A stretch of 52,608 bases of DNA, taken from contig CADBRQ010000115.1 of assembly GCA_902797115.1 (NCBI GenBank), positions 1-52,608 of the forward strand, read 5' to 3'. This document shows positions 1 to 4,799 of this stretch, piece after piece (within the stretch, counting starts at the first letter, position 1; the number at the start of each line of letters is the position of its first letter). Below the pieces are notes generated by a model, which was not told where the DNA came from, searched no databases, and saw only the letters and a program-made list of their open reading frames with translations. This stretch comes from an uncultured Bacteroidia bacterium (lineage in GTDB: Bacteria; Bacteroidota; Bacteroidia; Bacteroidales; UBA932). A program made the position numbers and the translations under genes.

Positions 1-262
1 CTTTATTTATACGAAACTTTTTTTTTTTTTTTACATAGAACTCTTCTTCATCAAGTTTTGAATATTTGATAAATCTGTCTTCAATTTTTAACAACTCTTT
101 GTTATTGGCAACAAAAAGTTTTACCCAGGAGAGTTTGTAGAAAAAGCTACGATGCGTTGAATAGAACAAAGATTTTATACTCTCCCTACTTTTGAAGAGA
201 TATGAAAACGATTGGAGGGCAAACTTTAATGTTGCTATTAAACCAGATAATGCCGATATCAT
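1..262 (-). CDS. hypothetical protein, N-terminal part only (frame runs off the left edge)
   Basis: ATG at 262-260 (minus) opens a frame that stays open to position 1 (87 codons: MISALSGLIATLKFALQSFSYLF...LDEEEFYVKKKKKFRINK). It is absent from the ORF track because there is no stop inside the window. It contains the A15 run at 18-32. No family recognised. Confidence 0.3.
   Translation of the reverse strand, partial: MISALSGLIATLKFALQSFSYLFKSRESIKSLFYSTHRSFFYKLSWVKLFVANNKELLKIEDRFIKYSKLDEEEFYVKKKKKFRINK
18..32. repeat. homopolymer T15 (A15 on the coding minus strand)
   Basis: Fifteen consecutive T read directly at 18-32. It lies inside the edge ORF, where it encodes KKKKK. Confidence 0.95.
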
Positions 263-299
263 ATTAATAATCGATGATTTATAAACAGTTTAAGTCTTA

Positions 300-328
300 C
301 ATAACCTATTTTATGTCCAGTAGAAAAC
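300..328 (-). repeat. cassette-boundary repeat, short form, copy B
   Basis: Plus strand CATAACCTATTTTATGTCCAGTAGAAAAC, 26/29 identical to copy A at 680-708. The minus-strand reading starts GTTTTCTA, like the plus-strand copies C/D/E. Confidence 0.8.
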
Positions 329-358
329 TCTACGATTTTGTAGGTTTGTTAAATTTCT

Positions 359-428
359 GAGATTTTTGAAATGAGATTTTTGAAACGAGATTTTCATTTC
401 CAATTTTTCAAATCAAATTTTCTATTTC
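359..428. repeat. five degenerate 14-bp tandem repeats
   Basis: GAGATTTTTGAAAT / GAGATTTTTGAAAC / GAGATTTTCATTTC / CAATTTTTCAAATC / AAATTTTCTATTTC, head to tail from 359 to 428. The last unit overlaps the stop of the frameshifted small ORF. Confidence 0.8.
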
Positions 429-654
429 CGCATTTGCTCCTCAATATATTGTTTAGCTTTAGCGACTCCCCGCGCCTCTTTGCGCAACCACTCCACAAAT
501 TTATCTTTTGAAATATCAAAACCTCCGTTATAATCAAAAGCCTCATCTCTACCACCAAATCTTAATCTTCCACTCACATCCGTTTTTAGTATCGACACTT
601 TCTGCCCATCAAAGGTATAAAAAATAATAACAATGTAAATAAAATCTTTTTCAT
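422..654 (-). pseudogene. small ORF (~77 aa) disrupted by a 1-nt frameshift in a homopolymer
   Basis: ATG 654-652 gives only MKKILFTLLLFFIPLMGRKCRY*. The +2 frame stays open from just upstream of that ATG to TAG 424-422 but has no start codon (..EKDFIYIVIIFYTFDGQKVSILKTDVSGRLRFGGRDEAFDYNGGFDISKDKFVEWLRKEARGVAKAKQYIEEQMRK). One extra base in the A5 run right after the ATG, or in the T6 run, would fuse start and body. The total span is 233 nt, one short of 78 codons. Confidence 0.45.
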
Positions 655-679
655 AATATTAAATTTTGATTACCTTTTT

Positions 680-708
680 CACAACCTATTTTATGTCAAA
701 TAGAAAAC
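680..708 (-). repeat. cassette-boundary repeat, short form, copy A
   Basis: Plus strand CACAACCTATTTTATGTCAAATAGAAAAC. It overlaps the last six codons and the stop of the 51-aa ORF. It is an inverted match (21/29) to 1487-1515. Confidence 0.8.
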
Positions 709-846
709 AAAAAACTCATCATCCGGATTGCGCCTACGTAACTCGTCAACAAGGCCATCATATTCGACATCCGTAACCAAAGGCTCCCCCTTACGGTATG
801 CCTCATTATAGGCGATAAGTTGTCGCCTTAATTCAGGTATGGTCAT
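691..846 (-). CDS. 51-aa protein resembling NAD-dependent DNA ligase (LigA) N-terminal domain Ia
   Basis: Start taken at ATG 846-844, 7 nt after the stop of the 209-aa ORF. MTIPELRRQLIAYNEAYRKGEPLVTDVEYDGLVDELRRRNPDDEFF follows the LigA N-terminal pattern (ELR..L..h...Y....P.isD.EYD.L..EL..L....P). The upstream part of the 95-aa track ORF overlaps the previous gene and was discarded. Confidence 0.55.
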   Translation of the reverse strand: MTIPELRRQLIAYNEAYRKGEPLVTDVEYDGLVDELRRRNPDDEFFVFYLT

Positions 847-853
847 AATCTTT

Positions 854-1483
854 TTATTTGGATTTATTTTGCGCCCTACGGGCTGCGTGCATTTCTTTAA
901 CCTCAATCCAATAAGGAATAAGCGGTTCAATAACCTCGCCAAAAAGCTCCTCCTGAATAGCAATAAAATGCTCATCATCCTTTATACCTGTTGGCTTACC
1001 ATCCATTGCCCAATCACGCCACGCAATTTGTCTTTGGGCTTCCTCATCTGTCTCTGTACCATACACACTACCAAAATCACGATAATCGTTGTACTTTTGG
1101 GCAATGTACTTACCTAATAAACTAAGAATACTAACACCCAGATCAAACCCATTTACACGGGTGTAATAAACACTATCAAGCGGTTCGTCTTTGTTAACTT
1201 TGTATTTCCCCACCTGCACATACTGCGAGGATTTCATAACCGAATCTTTTTGTTTTGTGTTCATAAATTTATAGAATTTATTGATTAAGTTTTCAGCTTC
1301 TAATTCTTCCTTACTATTACGGCAATTTTCCTGTGCCTTATTTATATAACGTTCAAATTTCTCTTTGTCACGAATAGGGGTGTCACGAACTGAATCAAAA
1401 ATTATAATAGGTGGCTTCCCCTGCTTAACATTGTTATCGTACACACGTATTGGCACCTTTGCTTTAAGCACTTCGGGTTCCAA
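854..1483 (-). CDS. hypothetical protein (209 aa), orphan
   Basis: Uninterrupted 209-codon frame. The only start candidates near the 5' end are TTG 1483-1481 or GTG 1468-1466; the first ATG is codon 74. The frame opens directly after a TAG (1498-1496) that lies inside repeat C. No family recognised. Confidence 0.55.
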   Translation of the reverse strand: MEPEVLKAKVPIRVYDNNVKQGKPPIIIFDSVRDTPIRDKEKFERYINKAQENCRNSKEELEAENLINKFYKFMNTKQKDSVMKSSQYVQVGKYKVNKDEPLDSVYYTRVNGFDLGVSILSLLGKYIAQKYNDYRDFGSVYGTETDEEAQRQIAWRDWAMDGKPTGIKDDEHFIAIQEELFGEVIEPLIPYWIEVKEMHAARRAQNKSK

Positions 1484-1521
1484 TAAGTTTTCTATCTAGC
1501 AAAAAATAATTTATATAAAAC
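1480..1521 (+). repeat. cassette-boundary repeat, full palindromic form, copy C
   Basis: CCAATAA-GTTTTCTATCTAGCAAAAAATAATTTATATAAAAC. The 35-nt core is identical to copy D. The arms GTTTTCTAT / ATATAAAAC are an imperfect inverted repeat. Confidence 0.9.
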
Positions 1522-1583
1522 GGAATAAGAATAATGTAGAGGTTGTACATTGGCATTCTTTGAGAAAAGAAGCATTGGAAACA

Positions 1584-1724
1584 TTAAAAAGACAAGCTAT
1601 TAGTGAGGGCGGCCACATCCTCATACTGCCTTCCGTTATTTCGGAAGAGGCTGGCGGCCTTTCCAGCCATACTAACAGTTTGCTTTCTGACGACAAAGGT
1701 AATACAAAATTAACCAAAAACCAA
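1584..1724 (-). pseudogene. short head-phased frame with one internal TAA (decayed cassette ORF)
   Basis: It starts from TTG 1724-1722, in the same position and phase relative to repeat D as the 209-aa ORF start has relative to repeat C. Translation: L-V-F-G-TAA(1712-1710)-FCITFVVRKQTVSMAGKAASLFRNNGRQYEDVAALTNSLSF-TAA(1586-1584). Confidence 0.35.
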
Positions 1725-2028
1725 ATAGTTTTCTATCTAGCAAAAAATAATTTATATAAAACTGGAAGCGGATAGAAGAATTTTCGCTTGGAAGTTTTGG
1801 ATTTTCAAAAATTTCCGTTAAACTTGTAACGGAATCCAAGTCCAAATATTTAACCTCAGCGAGAGTCATTCGCTGTTTAGATATGAGGTCTTGGATTTTT
1901 CCTTTATCTAAATAGAGCAATTTGCCTTGTGCTACCTAATTTAGCCATTCAGCATTATCCTTCGGATATAATCCTCGTATATCAGAAACTATCAAACCCC
2001 TTCTTGTTTGATTGAAATGTATTCCCAC
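1672..2028 (-). pseudogene. head-phased frame with one internal TAG (decayed cassette ORF or gene remnant)
   Basis: It starts from GTG 2028-2026, in the same phase relative to repeat E. Translation: VGIHFNQTRRGLIVSDIRGLYPKDNAEWLN-TAG(1938-1936)-VAQGKLLYLDKGKIQDLISKQRMTLAEVKYLDLDSVTSLTEIFENPKLPSENSS..., reading on through repeat D to the stop at 1674-1672. The track lists only the distal 82 aa. Confidence 0.35.
1721..1762 (+). repeat. cassette-boundary repeat, full palindromic form, copy D
   Basis: CCAAATA-GTTTTCTATCTAGCAAAAAATAATTTATATAAAAC; core 35/35 identical to copy C, 241 bp downstream of it. Confidence 0.9.
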
Positions 2029-2069
2029 AATAAAGTTTTCTAGCTAACAAAAAACATTTTATATAAAAC
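2028..2069 (+). repeat. cassette-boundary repeat, full palindromic form, copy E
   Basis: CAATAAA-GTTTTCTAGCTAACAAAAAACATTTTATATAAAAC; core 31/35 identical to C/D, 307 bp downstream of D. Confidence 0.85.
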
Positions 2070-2125
2070 TTAAGGACTTTAAGTTGGTGAACTAAATGTA
2101 CACTTTTCGTTTTTCCGATTATAAC

Positions 2126-2614
2126 TCAATCTAAATCATTAATGAGAATCCAGAGAATAATCCCTGCTATTATCGCAATAAGTATAGCATTAGACCAGTT
2201 AATACACCGCTTCTTCTTTCCACTATCGTATTTGAAATAATGTCCTAACAACGTACTGTGATTAGTATTCGTGTTTGACATTGTTTCATTGTCTTCAATA
2301 ATATGATATTTGCTCTTTACCGCTTTTATCAGTAGTTTGGCCTGTTCTATCAGGCTATCGCACTCAACAATTTCATCTTCCAACTCTGCGCTATCCTCAA
2401 ATTCAGCAGGATATTGATGCTCTCGTTCTTCCTCATCGTCAATTGCTTCATAAGGCAGATTGGATTTCAGTCTATATATATCGGTTTGTATTACGGTAAG
2501 TTTGTTTTTCAAGTCTGACAGGTCGAATGACGGGTCTGATCGATAATCCTTCTGCATAAGTGCAGACAAGAATTCAATACCGTACTTAACAGCAGCCGAT
2601 TCGTTCTCAAACAT
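2126..2614 (-). CDS. hypothetical tail-anchored membrane protein with acidic central region
   Basis: 162-aa ORF with ATG 2614-2612, 5 nt after the stop of the glycosylase gene. It has an acidic stretch (AIDDEEEREHQYPAEFEDSAELEDEIVECD) and a single C-terminal hydrophobic helix (AILIAIIAGIILWILI). No family recognised. Confidence 0.6.
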   Translation of the reverse strand: MFENESAAVKYGIEFLSALMQKDYRSDPSFDLSDLKNKLTVIQTDIYRLKSNLPYEAIDDEEEREHQYPAEFEDSAELEDEIVECDSLIEQAKLLIKAVKSKYHIIEDNETMSNTNTNHSTLLGHYFKYDSGKKKRCINWSNAILIAIIAGIILWILINDLD

Positions 2615-2619
2615 AATGC

Positions 2620-3138
2620 TTACTCAAATATTCTGTTCCAGTCGTTTGCGAGGAAATTCAAATCACCCCATCCATGATTGGTATTCACACCACTTGTTTC
2701 AGGCATTCTTAATACACGAATTCGACGATTCGGAAATACTTTATTCAACTCTTTCTGTATCTTCTTTCCGAACTTCTTATACTTTCCGAAGCCATTGATT
2801 GCGATTGTCTCTATTGTAGGATTGCTTGACAGAAAACCACAAATATCAACTGGTCTTGCATCACGAATCTTATTGTCACTGCTACCTACACGAATAGCAG
2901 ATTCGTAATAATCCCACAACGCGATATGATACTTTGCCAACAACTGCTTTTTTTCATCGTAGTTGTTCGGTATCGGTTCGTTTTTCAGCAGACACAACAC
3001 CTTCCAAATCCTGTTTGAATTGGAATAGTAGTATTGCTGATGCTGGAGAGATTCTTCACCTGGTAATGTTCCAAGAATAACTATTCTCGGTTCATCACAC
3101 ATAAGAGGTTCAAATCCGTATGTCCGTTCTTCTATCAT
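2620..3138 (-). CDS. DNA-deoxyinosine (hypoxanthine) glycosylase-like, UDG superfamily
   Basis: 172 aa. RIVILGTLPGEESLQHQQYYYSNSNRIWKVL and HIALWDYYESAIRVGSSDNKI follow the ILGS.PG..SL....YY.h..N.FW and W D....R.GS.D..I patterns I associate with the family-6 UDG / deoxyinosine glycosylase group. Confidence 0.7.
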   Translation of the reverse strand: MIEERTYGFEPLMCDEPRIVILGTLPGEESLQHQQYYYSNSNRIWKVLCLLKNEPIPNNYDEKKQLLAKYHIALWDYYESAIRVGSSDNKIRDARPVDICGFLSSNPTIETIAINGFGKYKKFGKKIQKELNKVFPNRRIRVLRMPETSGVNTNHGWGDLNFLANDWNRIFE

Positions 3139-3357
3139 TTTTCAAAGATAGCAAAAAGGATTGATATGATAGACTGTATTGAGTTGATATCTGATTCTTC
3201 ATTGTCGTGAATGAAACGAAATGTAAGTTGAGGACAAAATATTCAAAAATATTATTTATGATTTTCCGATATCCAATGGCAAAAGCAGTTCCAAAACGCT
3301 TCTTTGTATAGAAAGTAAATAAACCCTCAAAAATACTGTTGGTAGTAGTTTATTTTG

Positions 3358-3365
3358 TATATTTG
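3358..3365 (+). promoter_or_regulatory. candidate Bacteroidota -7 box (TATATTTG) upstream of nqrA
   Basis: Matches TAnnTTTG, 52 nt upstream of the nqrA ATG. No clean TTTG -33 element at the expected 19-21 nt spacing. Confidence 0.3.
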
Positions 3366-3417
3366 TCTGATTAAATTAGTAATTTATATTTAAAAAATAA
3401 TTAACAGAAAATAAACT

Positions 3418-4797
3418 ATGGAGACCATTAGACTTCGCAAAGGGCTTGACCTAAAACTCAAGGGCGAGCCTCAAAAGAAAGTCCTAAAGACCATCACTCC
3501 AGAAGTTGTTGCGGTATTACCATCTGATTTTAAGGGCGTTACGCCTCGTCTTCTTGTTAAAGAGGGTGATACTGTAAAAGCGGGTCAATTTGTTTTTGCA
3601 GATAAAAAATGCGAGCAAATTGGCTTTTCTTCCCCTGTAAGCGGCACAGTAAAAGCTATTGTCAGGGGAGAGAAGCGCAAACTTCTGTCTGTTGATATTA
3701 CTCCCGATGCGACTACGCAATACGCTCAGTTTGAGCCTATCGCCGAAGTAAGCAAAGCAACAAGAGAAGATATTCAGCAGCGCCTTTTAGAGAGCGGACT
3801 TTGGGCAAACATTATTCAAAGACCATACGGCACAATTGCAAAACCAACAGACACTCCTAAAGCAATTGTTATATCTGCCTTTAACTCAGCGCCTTTGGCA
3901 GCCGACATCAATTTTGCAATAAAAGACGATGTAGATGCTATACAGATTGCTGTCAACGCATTGGCAAAATTTACAACCGGAAAAGTTTATGTAAACGTTA
4001 ATGCAGAGGGAAATGCTTCTCCGCTCACCCGTTTACAGAACGTGCAACTCACTGCATTTAAAGGTCCTCACCCTGCAGGCAACGTAGGTGTTCAGATTGC
4101 CCACCTCTGCCCTATAGGGAAAGGCGATATTGTGTGGACTATTAAACCACAGGCACTTACAGCAATCGGAAAACTCTTGTCCAAAGGTATTTACGATGTT
4201 CAGAGAGTTATTGCAATATCCGGCAACCGTGCAAAAGAGCAATGTTATGTTAAATGCCTGCCAGGAACACCTGTTAAGGATATCGTTGCAGCAGTGGGAG
4301 TTAAGGAAGAGGTTAAAGTTTACGGAGAAAAAATAGGAGTCAGATACATCAGCGGTAATCCATTGTGCGGAGAGAATGTTGGAGAGAATGGTTTCTTGGG
4401 GTTCTATGACGACACCGTTACCCTGATATCTGAAGGTAACTACAGAGAACTTTTCGGATGGGCCAAACTTATCCGCACCAAAAAGTATTCATTCTCAAAG
4501 AGTTACTTCTCTTGGCTTACTCCTAAAAAGAGATACAATGCAGATTCAAATACCAACGGAGGTGTAAGACCATTCGTGGTAAGTGGTCTGTATGAGAAAG
4601 TTCTGCCAATGGATATCTACCCTGTATATCTTCTCAAAGCAATTATAACAGAAGATATAGAGAAGATGGAACAATTCGGAATTTACGAAGTTCTTCCGGA
4701 AGATCTTGCTCTATGTGAGTACGTTTGCCCATCTAAACAAGATGTGTGCAAAATTGTTCAGGATGGTATAGATTTAATGTTAAAGGAGATGGCTTAG
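3418..4797 (+). CDS. nqrA: Na+-translocating NADH:quinone oxidoreductase subunit A
   Basis: 459 aa. The N-terminus (KGLDLKLKGEP...SPVSGTVKAIVRGEKRKLLSV) matches the NqrA pattern. First gene of a six-gene cluster in nqrABCDEF order. Confidence 0.92.
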   Translation: METIRLRKGLDLKLKGEPQKKVLKTITPEVVAVLPSDFKGVTPRLLVKEGDTVKAGQFVFADKKCEQIGFSSPVSGTVKAIVRGEKRKLLSVDITPDATTQYAQFEPIAEVSKATREDIQQRLLESGLWANIIQRPYGTIAKPTDTPKAIVISAFNSAPLAADINFAIKDDVDAIQIAVNALAKFTTGKVYVNVNAEGNASPLTRLQNVQLTAFKGPHPAGNVGVQIAHLCPIGKGDIVWTIKPQALTAIGKLLSKGIYDVQRVIAISGNRAKEQCYVKCLPGTPVKDIVAAVGVKEEVKVYGEKIGVRYISGNPLCGENVGENGFLGFYDDTVTLISEGNYRELFGWAKLIRTKKYSFSKSYFSWLTPKKRYNADSNTNGGVRPFVVSGLYEKVLPMDIYPVYLLKAIITEDIEKMEQFGIYEVLPEDLALCEYVCPSKQDVCKIVQDGIDLMLKEMA

Positions 4798-4799
4798 TT

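Noticed and set aside
1603-1668. The GC-richer patch with hairpins might be a tRNA fragment or a retron-type ncRNA.
   Set aside because: I could not fold a cloverleaf or find flanking a1/a2-type inverted repeats. No reverse transcriptase is in the window. The patch lies inside a plausible peptide-coding frame (…MAGKAASLFRNNGRQYEDVAAL…).
839-1775. Plus-strand track ORFs in the accessory region (839-1117, 1560-1775).
   Set aside because: The first is a shadow of the minus-strand 209-aa and 51-aa ORFs. The second needs a TTG start, has low-complexity content and only reaches 71 aa by reading through repeat D.
1480-2069. The three near-identical 35-42 bp direct repeats could be a CRISPR array.
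   Set aside because: There are only three copies. The spacers would be about 200 and 265 bp (far too long and unequal) and contain ORF remnants. Two more copies are inverted. No cas genes are present.
4746-4799. Longer nqrB start (track ORF begins at 4746, overlapping nqrA by 52 nt).
   Set aside because: ATG 4800 sits 2 nt after the nqrA stop and gives the expected NqrB N-terminus. The extension is an out-of-frame overlap with nqrA. Similar trimming was applied to the GH9 fusion, hslR, the AGCS transporter, the S41 peptidase, the CCA enzyme and lolA.
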